A DNA stretch of 64,000 nucleotides. Source: Paramoeba atlantica (Eukaryota; Protista; Discosea). This document shows, piece by piece, positions 1 to 11,956 of this stretch (within the stretch, counting starts at the first letter, position 1; each line of letters opens with the position of its first letter). The notes under the pieces were generated by a model. It was not told where the DNA came from and did not search any database. It saw only the letters and a program-made list of their open reading frames with translations. The stretch covers positions 1 through 64,000 of the forward strand of contig CDRNVI010000035.1 of NCBI GenBank assembly GCA_977017575.1, given 5' to 3'. The position numbers and the translations under genes are program-made.

Positions 1-972
1 TATCTTTCCACAGTCGGAAAAATTCGGATCTGTCTCTCCACGCCCTGCAAGAAAACAAGGTTCAGTGTCAAACATGTTCAAAGTTGAAGTGGAAGAAACA
101 TGCCCTGAGAGCGACCTAAAATTGGACCTTGATCCGCTTCCACAAATGGCTCAAATTGACCCATCTTTCGCTGTTCATGTCGTTGCAATCTTTCGCTCCA
201 TCGTACGCGAATATCCCAAGACACAATGGAGTCCGAGAAAACAGCGATTTGGCATAAGCTCTTAAATGCTCCGCGTGATTCTTTGGCGACGGTTCGTCAA
301 AAGATACAGAGAAGTCAAAGTAGCGTAAGAAGAGTCAAGCGAAAGGGATTGGTGCCGGATGAAGAATCTCTCAGTGAAGAGCAACCGTCTGGTAGTGGAA
401 ATAGATCGCCGCTCCATAAGAAATGCACTTCAAACTGCGAAGGCAGGGAATGTAGGAAAGGCCACACGTGTGCTAGACAATGTATATCGAGATTCTTCTT
501 TACAGCCAGGAGAGAAAGCGTCAAAGCTGAAAGAGCTCCACCCGACAGGTCCCATCACCTCAGTTTCTAGAAGGCGATTTTCCGCGAACAGCTATTGTTG
601 AGCCGTCTGAACTGCGCCTTGCAACGGAGAAACTGTCGAAGGGAGCTTCACCTGGACCGACGGGTTTTAGTGAGAGTATGATGCGACTTTTGATCGACGA
701 TGAAGAGGCGTGCCTAGCACTCTGTCACATGTTTCGAGATGTCATAAATGGAGATGTGACTGAGACCGTCCGAGATCGCTTACCCGGTGTCGAATTATAG
801 CTCTTGCTAAACCAAACAATGGCATCCGACCTGTGGCCATGGGGGATACAATTCTCAAAATTTGCGGATCAATCCTCTTGGAAAGACATGGAAGCACACT
901 GAACCCCTTTTTCAACCATTGCAGCGAGGCATACTGCAGCAGAATGCATGTGAATCCATAGTGCACGAGCTC
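1..972 (+). pseudogene. Non-LTR retrotransposon family A1, N-terminal half, frameshifted duplicate copy
   Basis: Near-identical to 10218-11192 but with several 1-nt indels; ends at IVHEL like the other copies. Confidence 0.85.
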
Positions 973-1360
973 TAATAGTCCACGTTTTGAAATTTAGCCG
1001 AGGGGCTGTTATGTATTTGCCTGCTGGCCCTTCGGGCACATAGTTTCTTCGAATATGATTGTATTCAGAATTTTACATGGGATGGGGTATTTACTATTAT
1101 CTTATATATCCTTGTTAGGTTGTTATTTTACTTCGCTTTAAGTTTTGCGGCAGGTTGGCCGAGGGTTCCGGTGGGAGGGAATCCCGTTAACAACGTGACA
1201 CATGATTATTGGTTTTATGCAGGCTTTCTTTGAACTATGTTTGTGCATGTGAATTCTATCTATATATCGTATTATGTGTTCTTTGATTTTGGGACGATTT
1301 GGAAGTGTGATTATATTAGTCATAGGTATTTACTTATATTTGTTTGTTACTTATTTCATT
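973..1360 (+). mobile_element. Non-coding TAATAG element, variant Ma
   Basis: Starts TAATAGTCCACGTTTTGAAATTTAGCCGAGGGG; same as 11193 and 19089 copies. Confidence 0.6.
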
Positions 1361-1732
1361 TTCCGTGCGTTCAGTATCCTACACTTCGCTATATACGTTG
1401 ACAACGCCTGCGTAGCGAAAACTACGAAATTCAGTGAGCTTCGCAAATTGCTTCCCACTAACGACGCACAGGGGAACCCTACGCGGGGTACGGCTCAGGC
1501 CCGCTCACGCGGGCCCCTCGCCGTTTCGCGGCCGCGCGCACCCCCGCTCACGCGGGGCCCCCGCGCGGCCAAAATGGGTACTAAAATTTGTTATCAAGGT
1601 AGTTGGGCTTCGCAAATTGCTTCCCACGAATGGGTACTAAAATTTGTTATCAAGGTAGTTGGTCAAGATTATCAAGTAGTTATCAGTTGGGCCTTTCTTC
1701 CTCCTCCGTGGATTTCTGTACCTTGTTGTTTC

Positions 1733-2791
1733 GGGTAGGGGGGACCTTCGATGAAGCTTCATCGAAAGTGTACAACTTTCGATGAAGCACATTGAAAGTT
1801 GTACACTTTCGATGAATCTTCATCGAAGGTGTTTTTGACTTTTTTTTTATTTTCAAATCTTCACGCAAACGTTTTTCGCGGATCCATATAGACATTTTGA
1901 CTTTTTGGTGCATCATCGAAGTGTTTTGTGAGGGTTCGTAGAGGAATTTCACCGTTTCTTCAGTTTATCTTCATCGAAGCGTTTTTGACTGATCCATATA
2001 CATATTTGAGCGACAATCCTGCGGAAGGGGTAAACACAGGATTTTCGTTGAGTACTCAACGAAGTGCGGATTTTCGTTGATTACTCAACGAACGGAAATT
2101 CACGGTGGAAATCAAGGACTTTTGCATAAGTCAAGGACTTTTGTGGAACATCCAAGAATTTTTTTTTGATTTCATTTTCCGTGCGTTCAGTATCCTACAC
2201 TTCGCTATATACGTTGACAACGGCCTGCGTAGCGAAAACTACGAAATTCAGTGAGCTTCGCAAATTGCTTCCCACTAACGACGCACAGGGGAACCCTACG
2301 CGGGGTACGGCTCAGGCCCGCTCACGCGGGCCCTCGCCGTTTCGCGGCCGCGCGCACCCCCGCTCACGCGGGGGCCCCCGCGCGGCCAAAATGGGTACTA
2401 AAATTTGTTATCAAGGTAGTTGGGCTTCGCAAATTGCTTCCCACGAATGGGTACTAAAATTTGTTATCAAGGTAGTTGGTCAAGATTATCAAGTAGTTAT
2501 CAGTTGGGCCTTTCTTCCTCCTCCCTCTAAGGTCCTGCAGATTTTTTACGGTCACAGGGTACGTTCGTTGAGAATCACGAACGTACCCCCAAGCCAAAAT
2601 GTGAAAGAAAACGGAAAGTCAGAATTCAGACAAAAAAACAAAAAATTATTGAAATTAAAATGAAATTATATGTTTCATGCAACGTGTTTTCAACAGCCAA
2701 TGGAAAAATTCGTTCAAAAACAAAAAGTTAAAAAAGTCAAAAAAAGTCAAAAACACCTTCGATGAAGATTCATCGAAGGTCCCCCCTAGCC
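1733..2791. mobile_element. Non-autonomous TIR element T1 (Merlin-type MITE), copy 1
   Basis: TIR GG(G/C)TAGGGGGGACCTTCGATGAA at both ends, flanked by GTTGTTTC 8-bp duplication. Confidence 0.8.
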
Positions 2792-2843
2792 GTTGTTTCT
2801 GTACCTTGTTGATTTCATTATATCTATTCTATTCAAAAACCGA

Positions 2844-3321
2844 ATGTTCACGCGTCAATTCACCTGCAGAGAACGCGACTACGAAGACCAGAATGTTGAT
2901 TTCACCAGAGAAGCTAACAGGCATGAACTCGGATCATGGAACCAATTTGCCGCTAACGAAAAACTCACGAACAACAAGCCAAGTACATACAACGATTTGC
3001 TTTATACAACAGGCATACCCGCACACACATCGAAAGAGTGGAACGAGAAACTAACACGCGTCGTGGAAGAGATAGGTGTAGACACAACGCGGATCAAGGA
3101 CACGATAAGCATCGAGACGAAGAGGACAGGTATTCCAGTGTGACAGCCTCTAAAACGCAGGAACCTCCAGTCATAAAGAAGCTTTCAAACGGAATGCAGC
3201 TGCGACCCAGAGCTTCTCCCAATTCAAGTCAGACACAAGAAGCTATTCGAATCAAATCTAGCCCACACTCGGGGTCAAAACACGAGAGAAAACTTAAACC
3301 ACCACCATCAAAGCAGATAAA
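2844..3321 (+). pseudogene. 5-prime fragment of non-LTR family A2 (LsmAD-like domain), preceded by relict SL
   Basis: Near-identical to the start of 20159-23812; carries a frameshift. Confidence 0.85.
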
Positions 3322-3677
3322 AGTCTCAGCGCTTCCTTTTTACTCAGTTCTGCTTTTCATCATGAACAATAACAACAACAATCAGCAGGATCCTGACGCT
3401 ATTCTCAGAGTTTCATTTCTCTTCTCGAGGCTGCCACGTACCGAGAACACCGGCGAGGACCTTTAGGAGATGGCCCGGCCAGTACTTCCTGACCCACGTT
3501 ACCTTATAGTTCACGTTTTGAAATTAGCCGAGGGGCGGCTATATATTTGCCTGCTGGCCCTTCGGGGCACATATTTTCTCAAATTATGATGTAGTATTCT
3601 CTAATTGCATGGAGGGGGGTGTTTACTCGTTTGTTATATTCTTGTTAGGTTGTTATTTTGTTACGTTAAAGTTTTGT

Positions 3678-3713
3678 CTTTAACGATAAAGATACAGTTT
3701 CTGTACCTTGTTG
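3678..3713 (+). other. Spliced-leader exon copy
   Basis: CTTTAACGATAAAGATACAGTTTCTGTACCTTGTTG. Confidence 0.85.
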
Positions 3714-4805
3714 GTTGTTATTTTGTTACGTTTAAAGTTTTGTATGAGATCCCAACGTTTACGGGCTCCGTCGGAGCCACGCCAGGAGCGCGATAGATCA
3801 CCGAAGCGGAATAGGGCGCCGACACCCATTCAGACCTCCTCCGTCCAAGACTATTCTAAGCGTCAGTCCCTTTCGTGCCCTCCCGTGCGCCCCCCTCTCC
3901 CCCCTCTCCCCACGCAGCCGGCTCCGCAGGTAGGTTATAGCGATTAGCGCCTTAATGTTTTTAACCGCGTCATTGTTGACACGGCCGTACACCACGCCTA
4001 GTTGCTCCACACTTCTAGGTCCCAAGTTGGTATATGGGCAGAGGTTGAAAGCGTAACCTGTGTAGCTCGTGTGAGCTTGTAAAGGGCGTGGTAATGGACT
4101 GGTCATCTATTGCTATCGTTATCCTTTGTGAGCTCTGCATATTTTGATATTTTCTATCTATTAATATTTGACTACGTGATTGGGCATTTTGCGGTTTATT
4201 GTGACGTGTGTGTGGGCAGGTTGGCCGAGGTTCCCCCGCGTGAGCGGGGGTGCGCGCGGCCAGCGAAACGGCGAGGGCCCGCGTGAGCGGGCCTGAGCCG
4301 TACCCCGCGTAGGATTCCCCTGTGCGTCGTTAGTGGGAAGCAATTTGCGAAGCTCACTGAATTTCGTAGTTTTCGCTACGCAGGCGTTGTCAACGTATAT
4401 CTTCTTATAATTTATTCTTAAAAAAAGGGTCCGTTGATTTCTTATGCATTTTTTTTACGCCATATTTTCAGCGTTCCGATATCTTTGTCCCTTCAAGGGC
4501 TTTACTTCATACTAATCTCTCTTACAATAATAATAATAATAATAATACACCACTGTGTTATAAGTGGCTAAGAGTCCTCGATTATGTCACTAAATTAATA
4601 ACCTTTCAATGCTATTCACAAATGTCGCTTGCAACACTTATGACCACACGTTCTTTTATCTTTACACGGATGTTTACACGCAATATTCACAGGCGATATG
4701 TTTGTTGGATGCTGCCCGTTCAGACGAAATTGACGGAGCCATCGATGTTTTGTGCTGCTGTGCCAGAATGATACTCCATATATTCATATAGGGGCTCCGC
4801 GACGC

Positions 4806-5953
4806 TTATAGACTCAGATGTTGCACTTTCCTTTGCAATTTGGTCCACATGTTCATTCTTGAATTACCACAATGTGCTCTGACTTTGACAACTAGAATTT
4901 CATGTTTCTTGTTTATTTCCTGTGCTAGACTGTTTATTTGAATCAACAAATCAAGTCTTACCCAATACTTAATGGTGTTGTGGACACTCTCAGCACCATT
5001 AGTATGATATCCCTTCTCGTTCACAAACTCCTTACTATGATTCACGGAGTAGTGACGACAAACTTGGTCTAAACCATTGTAAGCCCCCCAACAATCGCTG
5101 ACTACCACGGATCGCGCACTGGCAAGATGGGGAATGATGAAGCCATGGAGGGTAGGCGTATCACGACGCTTCACCAATTTCCAATGGGTCCGCCCCGTTT
5201 TACCAGTGCCACGAGACTCCGTGACAGTTGCGAACCACCATCCCCTTTTCCGCTGTCTACGGCCCTGATTATACTTCCGTTTGCCGATGAAGGTCTCATC
5301 GACCTGCACTCGACTGAATTCATAATCAGACATTGTTTCGTTACGGAGCGCTGCATCAGCAAGAGTGTGCAGGAGATCCTGAACCACCTTGCGATCAAGT
5401 CCGCGATTACGCGTTATTTGACCCGTGCACATGTTGTTCGCAATGTCTGCCCATACGAGCAAGACTTGCCTGGAGTAAGTTGCGTACGGGGAGAAATAAA
5501 TGGTGACCATTTACAAACTTTTAATCGGCAACGGTTCACCTTGCCGGGTTCTCGATGCCCACACATACTTAAATTTGGTTTCCCTGGAACGTCGGACATA
5601 AAGTGGAGCCCGTGCGAAGGACAAATGGGTGGGAAAAACAAATCATGATTCCGCATCCAGTCTTCTGCATCACGTCCTTGCGGGACATCGGTAATACCCC
5701 GCCAATGAGAAACACATGTAAAAGCGGGACAACCATGACAAAGAGGAGGAACAGGTCGTCTGCGCCAAGTAGAGAAATCGAGTTGTTCTTGTTCGGGAGG
5801 AGGTAAATCACGCAGTCCAGTAGGCGGCCGCTCGTAAGTAGCAGATTCCAGGAGAGCCATAAATCGGGCGAACATTCGCTCGCTTCGGTCTGCATCATGC
5901 TCCTGCCTGCTACGTTGATCCATAGGACAAAAACAAATCCGAAAAGTTATCAA
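4806..5953 (-). CDS. Merlin (IS1595/ISXO2-like) DDE transposase, family 1, frameshifted near 5450
   Basis: QVDETFIGKRKYNQGRR, VVSDCWGAY, HYSVNHSKEFVN..HTNGAES motifs; N-terminal Cys/His cluster in ORF 5414-5953. Confidence 0.88.
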
Positions 5954-6272
5954 AAAGCGGAAGGATTCTTAAAACTATTGCCTCATAAGTTTACAAAGAT
6001 AAAATCATAACAAATCATACGCCTGCGTAGCGAAAACTACGAAATTCAGTGAGCTTCGCAAATTGCTTCCCACTAACGACGCACAGGGGAATCCTACGCG
6101 GGGTACGGCTCAGGCCCGCTCACGCGGGCCCTCGCCGTTTCGCGGCCGCGCGCACCCCCGCTCACGCGGGGGCCCCCGCGCGGCCAAAATGGGTACTAAA
6201 ATTTGTTATCAAGGTAGTTGGGCTTCGCATATTGCTTCCCACGAATCTAGAGAGAAGCACACGTACAATAAT

Positions 6273-6308
6273 CTTTAACGATAAAGATACAGTTTCTGTA
6301 CCTTGTTG
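6273..6308 (+). other. Spliced-leader exon copy
   Basis: Full 36-nt match. Confidence 0.85.
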
Positions 6309-6391
6309 ATTATTTACTTTTTTTACCTTTCATGGGAGTGTTCACACGCTCCAAAGCAAAAGAATCAGGAGTAGCTCCTGAGATTTTGCCG

Positions 6392-6841
6392 CTTGTTCGT
6401 TGAGTACTCAACGAAAATCCGGATTTTCTCAACGAAATCAACGAACGTACCCCCAAGCCAAAATATTATTATGTCCCAGGGCTACGCTCACAGTTGGGCC
6501 TTGCTCGCAAAGGGGGGCTTTTGCCTCCAGAAGTGGGCTACGCTCACAGTTGGGCCTTGCTCGCAGACGGGGGCCTTGCTTGCACACTTGGGCTTCGCTG
6601 ACAGTTGGGCCTTGCCTCCAGACATGTAAACGAGATGGTAATGTTCAAATTCCCCCAAAAAAATCGAGACGAAAAAATCGTGCAGCAGTGCCCGTTGGAT
6701 GAATGATTCATCGAACGCACTGCCCGTTCGATGAATATTCATCGAACGGGACGCCTGGTCATCGAACGGGACGCCGTTCAATGAATATTCATCGAACGCA
6801 CCGTGCGTTCGATGAATTTTCATCGAATGCCCCCCCTGTCC
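6392..6841. mobile_element. Partial TIR element T3 with palindrome array
   Basis: Array of TTCGATGAATATTCATCGAA-type palindromes ending GCCCCCCTGTCC, which resembles the T1 terminus; abuts the Merlin-2 ORF; internal GGGCCTTGCTCGCA repeats. Confidence 0.6.
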
Positions 6842-7666
6842 GAAAGTTTGAGCCATACATTTCTTTGCGGAGCCATCTAACTCCCACCATCCTTTTACTT
6901 CTTTGGGCAGACATTGCGAATCAGCTTTGTACTGGCCAAATCTGCCACAGCCGAGGGGTGGGTAGAAAAACAGTCCAGGAAGTGTTACACTCCGCGGCCA
7001 ATGCTGCGCTTTCCCAAGAGCAGTCCGAGCAATACGAGTTTTCTCGCATCCAAGTGGACGAAACGTTCATTGGAAAGAGAAAGTATCAGCGGGAGGCGGC
7101 AGCGGAAAAGGGGATGGTGGTTTGCCACCGTCACGGAGATACGTGGACAAGAAATGGGAAGAACCCATTGGAAGTTAGTCAAGCGTCGAGACACGGAAAC
7201 GCTGCATAACTTCATCCTGCCGCACTTGACGAGTGCACGGGCTGTGGTTGTCAGTGACTGTTGGGGGGCGTATTCCACTCTGGGGGACTTTTGTCGCCAC
7301 CACGCTGTGAATCATAGCGTGGAGTTTGTGAACTCCCAAGGCTACCACACTAACACCGCTGAAGGGTCGCATCGCATCATTAAAGACTGGGTGAGGAAGC
7401 AGCATTACAACTTTGGGGCTTCTTCCTTGGAATTGATGCGAAATGTGGCCCTTCAGTGTGTGAAGTTGGGGGAAGTTCACAACGGGCGAGAGACTGCTTG
7501 GCAAACTCGACTTTCCAACCTCTTGGGGTGTTTTCTTGAGTACTACGGCTCGGACGTAGATGACTTCGACGACAGTGTGAGTTTGAGCAGCTGTCCATCA
7601 GACTATACCAGCGGCGATGATTTCGTTTCGAGTGAGTCTGAAGGTCATGCTATGCATGACGAGTGA
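6842..7666 (+). pseudogene. Merlin transposase family 2, C-terminal duplicate with frameshift
   Basis: Matches 14937-15763 apart from a small deletion near 7090. Confidence 0.85.
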
Positions 7667-7849
7667 AACAATATTTTTGTACATATCTATTCATGTAGTT
7701 TGCTGGGACTCAGGGCTAAACCTGACTGGCTAAAAAAAATGAAAAAAAATAAAAAAAAATGAAAAAAACTATAAAAAAAAGTGTTCTTTTGGGCTAGGGT
7801 GGTCAAGAATCGTCGCACCAAAGATAAAGATCCAGTTTCTGTACCCGTC

Positions 7850-8079
7850 CGAACGATATCATTCGTTGTGAAGCGCACACTGTATTACGAAATGTCAAAA
7901 ACGCTTCGATGAGTGATACCTAAAAAACCTCACAAATCGATGAGTACCAATAATAAGCGTAAATTCTCTATTAGAATCGGTCACATACGCTTCGGTGAGT
8001 AATAAAAAAAACTCGAAAATCTCTATTAGAGTCGCTCAAAAACGCTTCGATGAGTACTCATCGAAGGTCCCCCCTACCC
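7850..8079. mobile_element. Right end of TIR element T2
   Basis: TTCGATGAGTACTCATCGAAGGTCCCCCCTACCC terminus shared with T1. Confidence 0.6.
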
Positions 8080-9545
8080 GGTTTCGTCAACTTCCGGATG
8101 AGTAATCTTCGCGCTCACGGAAAGCTACGGGAAACGTGCCATGAGGACTTGTCTGCGCGAAGCGTGTTGGTTTCTTATCCGCAGGTTGTGATTTCTGGCC
8201 TCGAGCGCCCAAACCTCCTTTCAGCTCGGCTTGGTTTCGTCAACTTCCGGATGAGCAATCTTCGCGCTCACGGAAAGCTACGGGAAACGTGCCATGAGGA
8301 CTTGTCTGCGCGAAGCGTGTTGGTTTCTTATCCGCAGGTTGTGATTTCTGGCCTCGAGCGCCCAAACCTCCTTTCAGCTCGGCTGGGTTTCGTCAACTTC
8401 CGGATGAGTAATCTTCGCGCTCACGGAAAGCTACGGGAGACGTGCCATGAGGACTTGTCTGCGCGAAGCGTGTTGGTGTCTTATCCGCAGGTTGTGATTT
8501 CTGGCCTCGAGCGCCCAAACCTCCTTTCAGTTCGGCTTGGTTTCGTCAACTTCCGGATGAGTATTCTTCGCGCTCACGGAAATCTACGGGAAACGTGCCA
8601 TGAGGACTTGTCTGCGCGAAGCGTGTTGGTGTCTTATCCGCAGGTTGTGATTTCTGGCCTCGAGCGCCCAAACCTCCTTTCAGCTCGGCTTGGTTTCGTC
8701 AACTTCCGGATGAGCAATCTTCGCGCTCACGGAAAGCTACGGGAAACGTGCCATGAGGACTTGTCTGCGCGAAGCGTGTTGGTTTCTTATCCGCAGGTTG
8801 TGATTTCTGGCCTCGAGCGCCCAAACCTCCTTTCAGCTCGGCTGGGTTTCGTCAACTTCCGGATGAGTAATCTTCGCGCTCACGGAAAGCTACGGGAGAC
8901 GTGCCATGAGGACTTGTCTGCGCGAAGCGTGTTGGTGTCTTATCCGCAGGTTGTGATTTCTGGCCTCGAGCGCCCAAACCTCCTTTCAGTTCGGCTTGGT
9001 TTCGTCAACTTCCGGATGAGTATTCTTCGCGCTCACGGAAATCTACGGGAAACGTGCCATGAGGACTTGTCTGCGCGAAGCGTGTTGGTGTCTTATCCGC
9101 AGGTTGTGATTTCTGGCCTCGAGCGCCCAAACCTCCTTTCAGCTCGGCTGGGTTTCGTCAACTTCCGGATGAGTAATCTTCGCGCTCACGGAAAGCTACG
9201 GGAGACGTGCCATGAGGACTTGTCTGCGCGAAGCGTGTTGGTGTCTTATCCGCAGGTTGTGATTTCTGGCCTCGAGCGCCCAAACCTCCTTTCAGTTCGG
9301 CTTGGTTTCGTCAACTTCCGGATGAGTATTCTTCGCGCTCACGGAAATCTACGGGAAACGTGCCATGAGGACTTGTCTGCGCGAAGCGTGTTGGTGTCTT
9401 ATCCGCAGGTTGTGATTTCTGGCCTCGAGCGCCCAAACCTCCTTTCAGCTCGGCTGGGTTTCGTCAACTTCCGGATGAGTAATCTTCGCGCTCACGGAAA
9501 GCTAAGAGAAACGTGAGGACTAGTCTGCGTCCTCCCGCAAGTTGT
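8080..9545. repeat. 153-bp tandem satellite, about 9.5 units
   Basis: GTTTCGTCAACTTCCGGATG recurs at 8081, 8234 and onward with period 153. Confidence 0.97.
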
Positions 9546-9671
9546 GATGTAAAGTCGATAAGAAGTTGATGTGCGAGATGAACTTATCGAGTCACGTAAA
9601 AAAAAAAGACTTTGTATTAAGTTCGGTTCTCATTTCGTCGCAATATACATATGGTATATATAAAAAAAAAA

Positions 9672-11192
9672 AAACTTCACAGCGTTAAGCCAAAGAAGAC
9701 AGCAAGAGTAAGAGTAGCCACACACACGGATCCCACGTTATCTCCGAACTGGGCTGATCAAGGCGTACATGAGAATCCTCCTGTTGACCCTCACAATTCC
9801 AATATTATTAAGCTAAAAGGGATAAAATATAATCAGATTGGTAGGGGGCACTGTGATTCCGAGGTTGAAGCTTCGGAACAAGATATGTCGTCCGAGACTG
9901 ATTCCGAGCCGTTCTCTTTGAAAGAAGGTAGTGGCATTGATATCGACGACGCGGAAAACTCTCAGGATTCAGATATCATGTCTTTGGACGAAAGAGATGA
10001 ACAAACCAACTTTGCCAAAGCTCCTGATCGAGTATACAACATTGTGTCAGAATGGGGAAAAGGCACGACGTGCGAAATTCAATGGAGCTTCCGACGCAAC
10101 GATACAAAATTCCACTCCATAGGCGAGGTTGTGAAAAGAACGTCCCGGCGAGAAAAAGTAAAGATCCAAATTGCGTATAAACCGGAAGATGGACAGGAAG
10201 GAACGTCGGGAATACTTTATCTTCCACAGTCGGAAAAAATTCGGATCTGGTCTCTCCACGCCCTGCAAGAAAACAAGGTTTCAGTGTCAAACATGTTCAA
10301 AGTTGAAGTGGAAGAAACATGCCCTGAGAGCGACCTAAAATTGGACCTTGATCCGCTTCCACAAATGGCTCAAATTGACCCATCTTTCGCTGTTCATGTC
10401 GTTGCAATCTTTCGCTCCATCGTACGCGAATATCCCAAGACACAAATGGAGTCCGAGAAAACAGCGATTTGGCATAAGCTCTTAAATGCTCCGCGTGATT
10501 CTTTGGCGACGGTTCGTCAAAAGATACAGAGAAGTCAAAGTAGCGTAAGAAGAGTCAAGCGAAAGGAATTGGTGCCGGATGAAGAATCTCTCAGTGAAGA
10601 GCAACGTCTGGAGTTGGAAATAGATCGCCGCTCCATAAGAAATGCACTTCAAACTGCGAAGGCAGGGAATGTAGGAAAGGCCACACGTGTGCTAGACAAT
10701 GTATATCGAGATTCTTCTTTACAGCCAGGAGAGAAAGCGTCAAAGCTGAAAGAGCTCCACCCGACAGGTCCATCACCTCAGTTTCTAGAAGGCGATTTTC
10801 CGCGAACAGCTATTGTTGAGCCGTCTGAACTGCGCCTTGCAACGGAGAAACTGTCGAAGGGAGCTTCACCTGGACCGACGGGTTTTAGTGAGAGTATGAT
10901 GCGACTTTTGATCGACGATGAAGAGGCGTGCCTAGCACTCTGTCACATGTTTCGAGATGTCATAAATGGAGATGTGACTGAGACCGTCCGAGATCGCTTA
11001 ACCCGGTGTCGAATTATAGCTCTTGCTAAACCAAACAATGGCATCCGACCTGTGGCCATGGGGGATACAATTCTCAAAATTTGCGGATCAATCCTCTTGG
11101 AAAGACATGGAAGCACACTGAAACCCCTTTTTCAACCATTGCAGCGAGGCATACTGCAGCAGAATGCATGTGAATCCATAGTGCACGAGCTC
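9672..11192 (+). CDS. Non-LTR retrotransposon family A1, N-terminal half (5-prime truncated; beta-rich domain plus RT domains 0-2)
   Basis: GASPGPTGFSE, CRIIALAKPNNGIRPVAMGDTILK; collinear with A2; starts right after an A-run. Confidence 0.88.
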
Positions 11193-11580
11193 TAATAGTC
11201 CACGTTTTGAAATTTAGCCGAGGGGCTGTTATGTATTTGCCTGCTGGCCCTTCGGGGCACATAGTTTCTTCGAATTATGATTTGTATTCAGAATTTTACA
11301 TGGGATGGGTATTTACTATTATCTTATATATCCTTGTTAGGTTGTTATTTTACTTCGCTTTAAGTTTTTGCGGCAGGTTGGCCGAGGGTTCCGGTGGGAG
11401 GGAATCCCGTTAACAACGTGACACATGATTATTGGTTTTATGCAGGCTTTCTTTTGAACTATGTTTGTGCATGTGAATTCTATCTATATATCGTATTATG
11501 TGTTCTTTGATTTTGGGACGATTTGGAAGTGTGATTATATTAGTCATAGGTATTTACTTATATTTGTTTGTTACTTATTT
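11193..11580 (+). mobile_element. Non-coding TAATAG element, variant Ma
   Basis: Fixed left end; conserved cores shared with Mb copies at 13737 and 50263. Confidence 0.6.
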
Positions 11581-11589
11581 CATTTTCCG

Positions 11590-11930
11590 TGCGTTCAGTA
11601 TCCTACACTTCGCTATATACGTTGACAACGCCTGCGTAGCGAAAACTACGAAATTCAGTGAGCTTCGCAAATTGCTTCCCACTAACGACGCACAGGGGAA
11701 CCCTACGCGGGGTACGGCTCAGGCCCGCTCACGCGGGCCCTCGCCGTTTCGCGGCCGCGCGCACCCCCGCTCACGCGGGGGCCCCCGCGCGGCCAAAATG
11801 GGTACTAAAATTTGTTATCAAGGTAGTTGGGCTTCGCAAATTGCTTCCCACGAATGGGTACTAAAATTTGTTATCAAGGTAGTTGGTCAAGATTATCAAG
11901 TAGTTATCAGTTGGGCCTTTCTTCCTCCTC
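11590..11930 (+). repeat. GC-rich hairpin/direct-repeat module (G-module)
   Basis: Two CCCGCTCACGCGGG hairpins plus 21-bp and 34-bp direct repeats; full or partial copies at about 1380, 2190, 4230(rc), 6020, 12420, 19495, 24260, 46370(rc). Confidence 0.85.
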
Positions 11931-11956
11931 CGTGGATTTCTGTACCTTGTTGTTTC

